Below, piece after piece: positions 26,958-40,494 of a DNA stretch of 64,000 nt. This DNA comes from Dendrobates tinctorius (Eukaryota): assembly GCF_039654945.1 (NCBI RefSeq), contig NW_027361705.1, positions 16,864,001 through 16,928,000 on the forward strand, in the 5' to 3' direction. Position 1 is the stretch's first letter. Each line of letters opens with the position of its first letter. The translations under genes were made by a program, and so were the position numbers. The notes beneath the pieces were generated by a model that saw only the letters and a program-made list of their open reading frames with translations, made no database searches and was not told the DNA's origin.

Positions 26958-27796
26958 GCCGGTGTGACCCTCTTAGGTAGTACCGGGCAAACGTTAACAT
27001 AATGACCTCCTTTACCACAGTAGAAACATGCTCCGGGCTTCCGGAATCCCGGAGCGCGAGGCTGAACCTGTGCCACGCCAGCAATCTGCATAGGTTCAGG
27101 GGAGTCATCTACTTCAACCACACCTGCACCTCTGTTTTCCCCCAGAGGTAGCGTCTCCTGTGCCCCCTGACGAAAACGGCGATCAATACGTATCACCAAA
27201 CTCATGGCAGACTCCAATGATGCCGGAGTCTCATACATCAGGAGGGCTTGTTTCACCCTCCCTGATACCCCATGAATAAACTGGCTCCGCAGTGCTGGGT
27301 CATTCCACTGTGTGTCTACAGCCCAGCGGCGAAATTCCGAACAATAGTCTTCTGCCAAGCGCTCCCCCTGGCGGAGGGCGCGGATTTTAGATTCCGCTAG
27401 AGCCAGTCGGTCAGGGTCATCGTAAATGAGCCCGAGGGCAGAAAAAACATTATCGACAGAATGAAATGTAGCAGAGTCAGCTGGTAAGGAAAATGCCCAT
27501 GCTTGGGGGTCACCACTCAGTAATGACAACACCAGCCCTACTCGCTGGGCCTCATTACCTGAGGATATTGGCCGCATGCGGAAGTATAATTTGCAGGCCT
27601 CCCGAAATACGACAAATTTGCTGCGATCGCCTGAAAATCGTTCTGGCAGCGGAAACTTCGGCTCTGCACCGATACCTGCAGATGCCGTTTGCACCTTTGC
27701 TACTACCAGGCCCTGCTGCTGAACTGCCCCTTTCAACTCAGAGACCTGTATGGACAGCGCCGCCAACTGGCGGGTTATGGAATCTAATGGATCCAT
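26945..27796 (-). CDS. gag: Gag (PEG10/sushi-like capsid plus CCHC zinc knuckle)
   Basis: 283-aa ORF with PERFSG, LRQG...EDYCSEFR and CFYCGKGGHYVNVC. Confidence 0.93.
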   Translation of the reverse strand: MDPLDSITRQLAALSIQVSELKGAVQQQGLVVAKVQTASAGIGAEPKFPLPERFSGDRSKFVVFREACKLYFRMRPISSGNEAQRVGLVLSLLSGDPQAWAFSLPADSATFHSVDNVFSALGLIYDDPDRLALAESKIRALRQGERLAEDYCSEFRRWAVDTQWNDPALRSQFIHGVSGRVKQALLMYETPASLESAMSLVIRIDRRFRQGAQETLPLGENRGAGVVEVDDSPEPMQIAGVAQVQPRAPGFRKPGACFYCGKGGHYVNVCPVLPKRVTPAENC

Positions 27797-28917
27797 GGAC
27801 TCCTGAAAAAATGTGGGCCGATTATAATGTCACGGGGGCTTAGTTCAACTAAGGCTGAAATACCCGGGGCCCCTGTGGTGTCCCTTTTACTAGGGGAAAC
27901 CCTGTCTGACCCTCAACCCAGGGTTTTTGCTGAAGGTGCAAATGCCTGAGCCTCCGACCTTTCCTTATCTCCTGCTCAGCCCTGCACTTAACCCTCCACC
28001 CTCCACCCAGTGAGGAGTCACACCACCAAAGCTCCCACACAAATAATGACAGACAGGGAGAACTTAAACTGCACTGCGCCGCACACACACAGGAATAAAC
28101 AGTAATGTGAACAGGGCACAACTAAACACAAATATGGGAAGGAGAAAGGATTACGACGGATCATACGACACCAGATATGAATCTCTCTCTCTTGAACACC
28201 TCCACTCCAGACCGGAACCACTTGGTATGAAACACAAGCTATAATCGGCGACGCCCATATGCCAGTATGACTATTTAAAGACCATGGGCGTGACTAACCT
28301 TCCTACCTGGTCTCCAGCAGGATTAACCCCCGAGAGCCTGAAGATCAAACCGGCGCCACTGAGGCTATAGTGGCTGGAGGTGGAACTACCTCTGCCTGCC
28401 GGATGCTGTGGTGTGAACAGCGTCCGACATGACAGCATGCTAATACTCCATATGTGGGGAAAAAACACTGCTTGGGCCTATGGCAGAGCTCAGAAGGAAG
28501 GAGCGCCATTTAACTTTTTGAATACATTGAACCCCAGGTGCTTTTCTGAAGTCTGTAACATTGAGCCGTGAAAATAAAAAAAATCCCATTTTCCTCACAA
28601 AAATGTTTTTTAAACCCTAATTTTGTATTTTCATAAGGGTAACAGGTGAAATTGCACCTTAGTATTTGTTGTGCAAATTCTCATGAGTGCGCTGATACCC
28701 CAAATGAGGGACAAATCTACTGTTTGGGCGCACAGCAGGGCCCAGAAAGGAAGGAGCGTCATTTGACTTTTTGGATGCAAAATTTGCTGGAATAAATTAT
28801 CAGACGCAATGTTCCATTTGGATAGCCCCTGATGTGCCTACACAATGGAAACCCCCCAAAAGAAACCACATTTTGGAAATTAGACCCCTCAAGGAATGTA
28901 TTTAGATGAGTGGTGAG

Positions 28918-30582
28918 TAGAGTTGAGCGATACCGTCCGATACTTCAAAGTATCGGATCGGAATGGATCGGCCGATCTTTAAAAAAAGTATCGGTATCGC
29001 CGATTCCGATACCGGAAGTCCCATTCAAGTCTATGGGACTTCCGGTATCGGAATAAGAAAAACCCTGTTTTTGCCTTGTACAGCCTCTCTGGGGTCTGTA
29101 CGGGCCTTTCGGGGGGCTGTGCCGGCCTGCCAGGGGGTCTGTGCAGGCTCCGGTGGTCTGTGCCGGCCTGCCGGGGGGCTGTGCCGGCCTGCCGGTGGTC
29201 TGTGCAGGCTCCGGTGGGCTGTGCCGGCCTGCCGGGGGGCTGTGCCGGCCTGCCGGTGGTCTGTGCAGGCTTCGGGGGTCTGTGCAGGCATCGTCCGATG
29301 GGACTACAAGTCCCATCGGGCGATGCCTGCTACCATGACAGTGATTGACACATTAGCCAATGATGGGACAGTAGTAGTCCCATCATCCGGCTAATGTGTT
29401 GAATGTAAAAAAAAAAAAAAAAAAAATTACATGCTACATACATGCTACATACATACAACATGCATACTACATACATGCTACATTCATACTACATACTACA
29501 TACATGCTACATTCATACTACATATATACTACATGCAACATACATACTACATATATACTACATACATACTACATGCATGCTACATACATACTGCATGCTA
29601 CATACATAATACATGCTACATACATACCACATATATACTACATACATACTACATGCATGCTACATACATACCACATACATACTACATACATACTACATAC
29701 ATACTACATGCATGCTACATGCTACATACATAACACATATATACTACATGCATGCTACATACATACTACATGCTACATACATACCACATACATACTACAT
29801 GCATGCTGCATACATACTACATGCATGCTACATACATACTACATGCTACATACATACTACATATATACTACATGCATGCTACATACTCCATGCTACATAC
29901 ATACTACATATATACTACATGCATGCTACATACATACTACATACATACTACATACATACTACATGCTACATACATACTACATATATACTACATGCATGCT
30001 ACATACTACATGCTACATACATACTACATATATACTACATGCATGCTACATACATACTACATACATACTACATGCATGCTACATACATACTACATGCTAC
30101 ATACATACCACATACATACTACATATATACTACATGCATGCTACATACATACTGCATGCTACATGCATGCTACATACATACTACATACATACTACATGCT
30201 ACATACATACCACATATATACTACATACATACAATACATTCATACAATACATACATAGACATACAGTACATATAACATAGAGTAACATACTTACCAATAC
30301 TTGTCACATTGTTCCCCGAAGCCATTGTCTTTTCCGGAATAAATATTAACATAACAAACCACAAAAATACTCACCCACGATCCGAAGCAGTCCACGAGTG
30401 TGTCCCACGACGATCTTGGGTAGAGAACTGCAGCATCAGCTGTTGCTGCCGTTCTCTACGGGCTGCAGGAATCCAATGACGGAAGGTAGGTATCCTTCCG
30501 CACTGTATTCCTCCGCCACTTAAAAAAAAAAAAGTCCCTAGTCTCACTTTATGCCATTGCTGCGTGGGAAATTCCCACACAG
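28918..30582 (+). mobile_element. Non-autonomous hAT element (TACA-microsatellite family), left half only
   Basis: Starts TAGAGTTGAGCGATACC. Colinear with 36011-37300 and truncated just past the foldback centre. Confidence 0.85.
29428..30275 (+). repeat. Compound TACA/TACTACA/TGCTACA microsatellite
   Basis: Directly visible. Homologous tracts at 36538-36995, 37583-39446 and 60855-62043. Confidence 0.95.
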
Positions 30583-31776
30583 AAACAGCAGAAACCTCCA
30601 TGAGTGACCCCATTTTACAAACTACACCTCTCAATGAATTTATCTAGAGGCGCAGTGATCAAATTGACATTGGCCCCAGATTTTACATTTTCACACAAGA
30701 AGTGGGTAAAATTGCACCATAATTTGTCCCACAATTTCTACTTAACATGGCAACACCTCATATGTGGTTGTACAGTACTGATTAGCCACACAGCGACACT
30801 TTGGAGGGATAGAGCAATATTTGCCTAGTGGGGCACAGATTTTCTTAGAACAGTTTGCGGTCTCCATATACAGAGCCCCTAAGTACTAGAAAAGCAGAAT
30901 CCCTCCCTCAAGTGACCCCATTTTGGAAATTGTGCCACTTTTGGAATTTATCATCAGGTGTGGTGACAGTTTTGACTCCATGGGTGTTTTCCAGAAAAAG
31001 TAGCAATGAATGTTGTTAAGTGAAAATTGCAAACTGCTGTTGTAGTGACTGCTAGGCTGTAGTGACCAGAACATTGTAGTGACCAGTACATTATGCCCAG
31101 CTCATACTTCTGGAGACATGCAACCGTAAGTTAGGTGGGCTCTCTTCGCTGCAAAAATGCCAAACATGTGGACGCTAGATGTGATCTAGGCACACTGGGG
31201 CTCAGAAGAAAAGGACCATTTGGATTTTGGAGTGCAGAATTTGATGCTTTGCTTTTGAGCCATTTTGCTTTCACAGAGCTTTTGTGCTACCAGTAAAGTG
31301 GAATCCCCTTTGTTTACATTAACAGATGATGGACCTGAGTGGGTACTTGCCTTTTTTGTGGATTAAGTTAAAGCTTTTGTTAGGAAAATTTTACATAATA
31401 TTTAGGATCACATTTATTCAGTGTTCTACGCTGACCACTTACTTTAGGGTCTCCATCTAAATTTCTGAATGACATGATGAAACCCCAAAGGGATCCATTC
31501 ACTATAATGAGGCAGCAGAGTTACTGTGGAATCCATCTGGCCTCTGTTCATTGGTGTCCATCTTTTCAGAAGTGCACAAAACTGTGGTAGACCACGCTTT
31601 TATGCAATCTAGAAGAAACAGATCCTGCCGGATCACTGGTCCTATTGCATCCACAGTTCCTGCATGTGCCTCATTATAGGGAATCTTCTGATGGGGGTTC
31701 TGTCTGAATCACGTATTTCAGAGATTTAAAAGGAAACCCTGGTGTAAGCACTCAGCGCAGATTGCACCAAGCCTTA

Positions 31777-32157
31777 AGGCCCTTTTACATTTAGCAATGC
31801 ACAAGTGATCCGACCAGCAATCCGACCCGGTCAGGATCGCTGGTGCATCGCTAAATGATCGCTAGTGAGCTTTCACACAGAAAGATCTCACAGCGATGCA
31901 GCAGCAACGCAGCGCACGATACTCACCTTTCACACACAGCGTCCCGCCCGCGTCCAGCGTCGCTCGTCGTCACAGCAGGAAGCCCAGCAGGAAGCTGACG
32001 ACGAGAAATGGAGCCGCCCGATCTCGCGTGATCAGCGATGGACAGCGGGGGAGCGGGTCGTTGGTAAGTATCACACATAGCGATACCGCTATAACGTCAC
32101 AAAACCGGTGACGTTTTAGCGATATTGCTAGTGATATCGCTTAGTGTAAAACCCCCT
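31777..32157. mobile_element. Harbinger-type MITE
   Basis: tta|aggcccttttacatttagc ... gcttagtgtaaaaccccct|tta. Related to 35104-35763 and 51880-54496. Confidence 0.75.
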
Positions 32158-33399
32158 TTACTGCAATCTTCAGGAGGCAGAATGAACAAATCTACAGCTG
32201 GTGAAGGATTGATTTTATTTATTTTTTACGCTGTTCCTAGCACAGTTTAAGTGATTAGACAACTTCATTCTTCGGGTTTTGCGATAACAGCGATACCAGA
32301 TTTATGTCAGTTTTCTATGTTTAGCTGCTCTCACACACTGAAAAATGCTTTTTATTGTAAAAACTGCTTTTTGCATCACCATATTTTAAGAGCTATAATT
32401 TTTCTATATTTGAGCCAACAGAGTCTTGTGAGGCGTTGCTTTTTTACAGATGAGTACAGATGAGTTGTTGTTTTTATTGGTACTATTTTCAGACACATCA
32501 CTTTTTTTATCACTTTCTATTCTGATTTTTGGGAGGCAGAAAAAAAACAAAAAACAGCAATTCAGGAATTTTTTTTTCTCCTGTGGTAAAATTGATAAAG
32601 CAGTTTCATTCTTTGGATCAGTACGATTACAGTGATTCCCCATTTATATCTTTTTTGTATGTTTGGATCTTTTACACATTAAAAAGTATTTTATAGAAAA
32701 AATAATTATTTTTGCATCACTTTATTCTGAGAGCTGTAACTTGTGTGATGGCTTGTTTTTTTGTGGGACAAGATAACATTTTCAGTGGTACCATGTTTAT
32801 TTATATTTGTCTTTTTGATCCCGTTTTGTTCTGCGACATGATGATAAAGCGTTGTTTTTTGCCTTTTTTTATTTTTTATGGTGTTCACTAAAGGGGTTGA
32901 CTAGTGGGACAATTTTACAGGTTGGGTTGTTCCAAACGCAACGATAACAAATATGTGTACTTATATTGTTTATATTTTTTTTTATAAAATATTTATTCAT
33001 GGGTACAATATATAAATTATTTTAATTTTTTAATTGTTTTACAATTTTTTAAAAACTTTTATTTAACTTTTTTTTTACTTTTTAACTTTGTCCCACTATG
33101 GGACTTCCATTTTTTGCAGGCTGATCGCTTGTATAGCATAGAGATGCAGAAGCTTCCCTATGCTATGCAAACTGTCAGCTCTGCACTGACAAATAAAGTT
33201 CCTGATCGCACTCTGAGCGTGATCAAGCTACTTTCTAGCTCTGCTGACCCAGATGACAACATTGGGTAACCATGGCAATGATTGAGACCCCTCGATGATG
33301 TCTTCGATCCAAGGGGAAAGGGGCTGTCTTTTGTCTGCCTTCTCTCAAAATGTGGCAAACTACTAATGCTAAGAAACATTCTCTCCAGTTTTTCTTCCC

Positions 33400-34185
33400 T
33401 CGAGACACAGCTCTGAAATTAGGGGTAATTTTTTTAAAGACTTGATGACAACAAGCCAGAACATCTTTACATTGAAACAGCGCCTCTCCTTTGTCTCTGG
33501 AAATAGGGGCATAATTTTGGACAACTGGTTAAAAAAAACTTGTGTAATTGCCTAATGATTTTGTGATTAGCAAACCAGTTGCAGACCGCAAAAAAGGGAT
33601 AATTTTTTTCACTTTTGGTTGAGAAGCCATTACATCTTCAGCTTCAAAACAGTAGCGTATACCTGTTTTGTCTCCCTAATAAATGGGTTATTTTTTGACA
33701 GCTTATAAGTAAACTATCACTTCTTCATTTAACAAAGTGCAAAGCTTTTTATACTCCCCAAAAAGGGATAATTTTTACACCCAACCATATTACAATGCCA
33801 AACTCTCTTCCTTTAGCATCATCTGTCTATAAATAACAGCAACAAAAGGGATAATTTTTTGGCTCTTTATGCAATTTAGGTAGCGTAAAAAGTCTAATGC
33901 TGAAGTTGTTGCTAAATCTCTGTTGGTTACCTCTGGTTAACATCCATTTTCCACCAGCCAGTTAGGTGGAAGTCATTTGAACATAAAAAATGTTTGTTTG
34001 CAATAGAGAGCTCAATACTTGTTCAATCGACTCCAAGGGGAACTAACAGTATTCTACAAATTTCTCGAACAGTTAGAAGCTTTTTAGTTATGTAATTTGC
34101 ACAAATATGTTCACTGAAAATTAGATTTTTGGGCAAAAATCAGGAATCCGACAATCTTAAATTTCAAAAGATCCCCTCATCTCTA
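33400..34185. mobile_element. Degenerate right part of a hAT-like element with an eroded ~85-bp minisatellite
   Basis: The motif gggataattttt recurs at about 33421, 33506, 33595, 33684, 33763 and 33847. The segment ends cccctcatctcta. Confidence 0.45.
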
Positions 34186-35103
34186 GTGTTATGTTATTTA
34201 AATTATTCTTGGTTCACTTGTTTATTATGAACAGCTGAAAGTTAGCAAATGTTGCTAATAAGCCTAATTTGAAATAAGGATTGAAAAGTTTTGATTGTAA
34301 CTGTATGTACAATTGTATCAAATGATTCATAAAGTATTACAAAGAACAAGTACATTCCTTTTTGAGTTAAGTATATTTTAATAAGCCTGACATTTGTTTC
34401 TACAACTGCCATTTTTACAACTTACTCAGTGCGTATAGGGGGTAATCATAGCTGAACACAATAAATTAATATTCAGCAGCAGACACGCTGTCATGATGCA
34501 GTCCCATGCCTGGTTACATCAGTCAAATTACATTAAATTGCATGACCAATGTAGGCTTCAGGCAGGCATGATATGAATGCTAAAATGACGTTTTGTGTGC
34601 TGGCAATTGACATCTTTTTATTCTTCTTTCTAATGTGACTTGCTTTAAAATGCTTTCAGACCGGTAGGTGAAGTGATTTATGCACAATGGATGTTATTTC
34701 ATATTCATGTTTTATGATAGGTTTTAGATACTTCGGATACAAATATGATAGCATTTCTTTATATTTCATCAACAATTGAAAGACAGATACAGAATTGCCT
34801 GTCGCTGAGGGCCCTCAACATATGCTGTTGCAACGAGTCCCACGTGTGAGCAGATTACCTTAACATGACCTTTGCACCATTGCATTGTCTCTAATAAATG
34901 GGGTGTATATAGAAGAGCACCAAGAGAGAAAATTTAAAGAGTCTTTCGCTCTATTGTGGCGATGTTGCTCCATGCCACACAGCAAGAGGACCCATTACTT
35001 GTTCACCATCCTTTCCTCAATACTTGTGAGATTAAAAGTTTGCTTGACATTCAGAATGGGTATTCCTTTCACATTTGCAAGGATTTGTGCTTTTTAGGAG
35101 TTA

Positions 35104-35763
35104 AGGCCCCGTCACACTAAGCGACTTACCAGCGATCCCGACACCGATATCAAGGTGTCAGGATCGCTGGTAAGTCGCTATGTGATCGCTGGTGAGCTGT
35201 CACACAGACAGCTTCACCAGCGATCAGCACAGGCACAGCGATGCCGAGCGCCCGGCATCGCTGGCCATCCTTGTAAAAAATAGAATCAAAATAAAAATAT
35301 AGTTATTCTCACCTTCCGACGTCGCATTCAGCCATCCTGCCTCTCTCCACGCTCCGGTCCCAGTGATCCTTTGCACGAATGACCGCGATAAGTCACGGTC
35401 TCGAGGGATAACAAAGTCTCGCGGTCATTCGTGCAAAGGATCACTGGGACCGGAGCGTGGAGAGAGGCAGGATGGCTGAACGCGACGTCGGAAGGTGAGA
35501 ATAACTATATTTTTTTTATTATTTTTTACACCTGATCACTGGTCTCCCGCCTGTCACACACAGCGATGCGTGCTGGCCAGCGGGAGACCAGCGACCAAAG
35601 AAATGTCCAGAGGTTTCTTCCAGTGATCAGCGATACCGGCAGGGGGGCCGCTCGCTGATCGCTGTCACACACATCGATCTCGCTGGTGAGATAGCTGTTA
35701 CATCACAAAAGTTGTGACTCAGCAGCGATCTCGCTACCGAGATCGCTTAGTGAGACGGGGCCT
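35104..35763. mobile_element. Harbinger-type MITE with an internal near-perfect ~95-bp-arm palindrome
   Basis: TIR aggccccgtcacactaagcga / tcgcttagtgagacggggcct. TTA TSD. Inner arms at ~35293-35388 and ~35419-35514. Confidence 0.88.
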
Positions 35764-36010
35764 TTAGTGTCTGACACAGATTCATAAAATACACAAAGAA
35801 CCTTTCCTCACTAAATGGATTGCATAGTGGCTTAATGGATAACCCTATAATAGTTCAAATCCCACCTAGGACAACATCTACAAGGAGTCTGTATATTCTC
35901 CCTGTATTTGTGTTGGTTTCCTTTCACAATCTAAAGACATAATGATGGGAATTTCAATTGTGTCCAGAAATATGAAAGTGATAATATTGTCTATAAAGAA
36001 ATGTGAACAT

Positions 36011-39000
36011 TAGAGTTGAGCGATACCGTCCGATACTTCAAAGTATCGTATCGGATGGTATCGGCCGATCTTTAAAAAAAGTATCGGTATCGCCGATTCC
36101 GATACCGGAAGTCCCATTCAAGTCTATGGGACTTCCGGTATCGGAATAAGAAAAACCCTTTCCTGCCCTTGTACAGCCTCTCTGGGGTCTGTACGGGCCT
36201 TTCGGGGGGCTGTGCCGGCCTGCCAGGGGGTCTGTGCAGGCTCCGGTGGTCTGTGCCGGCCTGCCGGTGGTCTGTGCAGGCTCCGGGGGGCTGTGCCGGC
36301 CTGCCGGGGGGCTGTGCCGGCCTGCCGGGGGGCTGTGCAGGCTCCGGGGGGCTGTGCCGGCCTGCCGGGGGGCTGTGCAGGCTCCGGGGGTCTGTGCAGG
36401 CATCGTCCGATGGGACTACAAGTCCCATCGGGCGATGCCTGCTACCATGACAGTGATTGACACATTAGCCAATGATGGGACAGTAGTAGTCCCATCATCC
36501 GGCTAATGTGTTAAATGTAAAAAAAAAAAAAAAAATTACATGCTACATACATACAACATGCATACTACATACATGCTACATTCATACTACATACTACATA
36601 CATGCTACATACATACTACATATATACTACATGCAACATACATACTACATATATACTACATGCATGCTACATACATACTACATGCTACATACATACTACA
36701 TGCTACATACATGCTACATACATACTACATATATACTACATGCAACATACATACTACATATATACTACATGCATGCTACATACATACTACATGCTACATA
36801 CATGCTACATATATACTACATGCATGCTACATACATACTACATATATACTACATGAATGCTACATACATACTGCATGCTACATGCATGCTACATACATAC
36901 TACATACATACTACATGCTACATACATACCACATATATACTACATACATACAATACATTCATACAATACATACATAGACATACAGTACATATAACATAGA
37001 GTAACATACTTACCAATACTTGTCACATTGTTCCCCGAAGCCATTGTCGTCTACGGAATAAATATTAACATAACAAACCACAAAAATACTCACCCACGAT
37101 CCGAAGCAGTCCACGAGTGTGTCCCACGACGATCTTGGGTAGAGAACGGCAGCATCAGATGATGCTGCCGTTCTCTACGGGCTGCAGGAATCCAATGACG
37201 GAAGGTAGGTATCCTTCCGCACTGTATTCCTCCGCCACTTAAAAAAAAAAAGTCCCTAGTCTCACTTTATGCCATTGCTGCGTGGGAATTTCCCACACAG
37301 CAATGGCATAAAGTGAGACTAGGGACTTTTTTTTTTTAAGTGGCGGAGGAATACAGTGCGGAAGGATACCTACCTTCCGTCATTGGATTCCTTCAGCCCG
37401 TAGAGAACGGCAGCATCATCTGATGCTGCCGTTCTCTACCCAAGATCGTCGTGGGACACACTCGTGGACTGCTTCGGATCGTGGGTGAGTATTTTTGTGG
37501 TTTGTTATGTTAATATTTATTCCGTAGACGACAATGGCTTCGGGGAACAATGTGACAAGTATTGGTAAGTATGTTACTCTATGTTATATGTACTGTATGT
37601 CTATGTATGTATTGTATGAATGTATTGTATGTATGTAGTATATATGTGGTATGTATGTAGCATGCATGTAGTATATATGTAGTATGTATGTAGCATGTAT
37701 GTAGTATATATGTAGTATGTAGCATGTAGCATGTATGTAGTATGTATGTGGTATGTATGTAGCATGTAGTATGTATGTAGCATGCATGTAGTATATATGT
37801 AGTATGTATGTAGTATGTATGTAGTATGTATGTAGCATGCAGTATGTATGTAGTATGTATGTAGCATGCATGTAGTATATATGTAGTATGTATGTAGTAT
37901 ATATGTAGTATGTATGTAGCATGCATGTAGTATATATGTAGTATGTATGTAGTATATATGTAGTATGTATGTAGCATGCATGTAGTATGTATGTAGTATG
38001 TAGTATGTATGTAGCATGCAGTATGTATGTAGTATATATGTAGTATGTATGTAGCATGCATGTAGTATATATGTAGCATGTATGTAGTATGTATGTGGTA
38101 TGTATGTAGCATGTAGTATGTATGTAGCATGCATGTAGTATATATGTAGTATGTATGTAGTATGTATGTAGTATGCATGTAGTATGTATGTAGCATGCAG
38201 TATGTATGTAGTATGTATGTAGTATATATGTAGTATGTATGTAGCATGCATGTAGTATGTATGTAGTATGTAGTATGTATGTAGCATGCAGTATGTATGT
38301 AGTATGTATGTAGCATGCATGTAGTATGTATGTAGTATGTATGTGGTATGTATGTAGCATGTAGTATGTATGTAGCATGCATGTAGTATATATGTAGTAT
38401 GTATGTAGTATGTATGTAGTATGTATGTGGTATGTATGTAGCATGCAGTATGTATGTAGTATGTATGTAGTATATATGTAGTATGTATGTAGCATGCATG
38501 TAGTATATATGTAGTATGTATGTAGCATGTAGTATGTATGTAGCATGCATGTAGTATATATGTAGTATGTATGTAGTATGTATGTAGTATGTATGTAGTA
38601 TGTATGTAGCATGTAGTATATATGTAGTATGTATGTAGTATATATGTAGTATGTATGTAGCATGCATGTAGTATATATGTACTATGTATGTAGCATGTAG
38701 TATGTATGTAGCATGCATGTAGTATATATGTAGTATGTATGTAGTATGTATGTAGCATGTAGTATATATGTAGTATGTATGTAGTAAATATGTAGTATGT
38801 ATGTAGCATGTAGTATGTATGTAGCATGCATGTAGTATATATGTAGTATGTATGTAGCATGTAGTATGTATGTGGTATGTATGTAGCATGTAGTATGTAT
38901 GTAGCATGCATGTAGTATATATGTAGTATGTATGTAGTATGTATGTAGTATGTATGTAGTATGTATGTAGCATGCAGTATGTATGTAGTATGTATGTAGT

Positions 39001-39959
39001 ATATATGTAGTATGTATGTAGCATGCATGTAGTATATATGTAGTATGTATGTAGCATGTAGTATGTATGTAGCATGCATGTAGTATATATGTAGTATGTA
39101 TGTAGTATGTATGTAGTATGTATGTAGTATGTATGTAGCATGTAGTATATATGTAGTATGTATGTAGTATATATGTAGTATGTATGTAGCATGCATGTAG
39201 TATATATGTAGTATGTATGTAGCATGTAGTATGTATGTAGCATGCATGTAGTATATATGTAGTATGTATGTAGTATGTATGTAGCATGTAGTATATATGT
39301 AGTATGTATGTAGTATATATGTAGTATGTATGTAGCATGTAGTATGTATGTAGCATGTAGTATGTATGTAGCATGCATGTAGTATATATGTAGTATGTAT
39401 GTAGCATGTAGTATGTATGTAGCATGCATGTAGTATGTATGTAGTATTTTTTTTTTTTTTTTTTAACATTTAACACATTAGCCGGATGATGGGACTACTA
39501 CTGTCCCATCATTGGCTAATGTGTCAATCACTGTCATGGTAGCAGGCATCGCCAGATGGGACTTGTAGTCCCATCGGACGATGCTTGCACAGACCCCCGG
39601 ACATCAGCACAGCCCCCCGGCAGGCCGGCACAGCCCCCCGGCAGGCCGGTACAGACCCCCACAGGGTGCACAGACCACCGGCAGGCCGGTACAGACCCCG
39701 GGCAGTCCACACAGCCCCCCGGCAGGCCGGCACAGCCCCCCGGCAGGCCGGCAGAGACCCCCGGAAGGCCCGAAATGACGGCGCATCATGATGCGCACAC
39801 ACCGCGCATCATGATGACGTCAGGCCGTCAATCAACTGAACTTCCGATTCCGATGCCGAATTCCGATATTGAAAAAATATCGGAAGTCGGTATCGGAATT
39901 CCGATACAGCAAGTATCGGCCGATACCCGATACTTGCGGTATCGGAATGCTCAACACTA
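36011..39959 (+). mobile_element. Complete non-autonomous hAT foldback element (TACA family)
   Basis: TIR TAGAGTTGAGC / GCTCAACACTA. Perfect 8-bp TSD GTGAACAT (36003-36010, 39960-39967). Internal inverted arms centred at 37289. Confidence 0.93.
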
Positions 39960-40044
39960 GTGAACATAATGGTTTTGGGAATATCTAAACTGTAGTCATT
40001 GATTGTCTTCAGATAAATTAGGTGCTACCAATGTAGACTATAAT

Positions 40045-40326
40045 TAGAGATGAGCGAAACTCGAATTTAAAAGTTTGGCGTTCGTGCTGGACAGTTAGTG
40101 TCTAAACACCATACATGGACTTCTTCTACGAGTCCGTTGCAATATTCGGAGTTCTGGAGGACATCCATGAGAGAGAGAATTTTCTAGCTGAAAAGTTTGA
40201 GTCCTCATTGTTTTCAATGGGGTTCGGGTTCTGGATGAAGTCAAGGTAATGTTCCAGTCCCTGAACCGAACTTTAGAAAAAAAATTTGTATTAGAATCCG
40301 AAATTCCACAGATCCACTCATCACTA
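40045..40326. mobile_element. Short hAT-type MITE (TAGAGATGAGCGA family)
   Basis: tagagatgagcga ... ccactcatcacta. Flanks actataat / gttgtaat could be a degenerate TSD. Confidence 0.75.
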
Positions 40327-40494
40327 GTTGTAATTAGAGTTGAGCGAAACGGGTCGAAAAATTTCAAAAGTCGCCGACTTTTGGCAAAGTCGGGTTTCAT
40401 GAAACGAAACCCGACCCTAGGATGAGGTCGGCCACGAGGTCGGCGACTTACGCACCAAAGTCGCGTTTCAAAAGTTTGTTTTGCGCTCTTTTTC

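Larger units (their letters stand above)
23021..28434 (-). mobile_element. Gypsy chromovirus of the Tf1/sushi group, near intact
   Basis: 607-bp LTRs at 23021-23627 and 27828-28434 (about 8 differences counted by eye), TGTCA...TGACA termini. 5-bp TSD GCATG. PPT at 23628-23646 on the minus strand. Domain order gag-PR-RT-RH-IN-chromodomain. Confidence 0.97.

Noticed and set aside
37579-39476. Long His/Tyr/Thr-rich ORFs (also 29396-30280, 36508-36999, 60852-62072)
   Set aside because: They are translations of the TACA microsatellite, open in all three frames because the repeat lacks stop codons.
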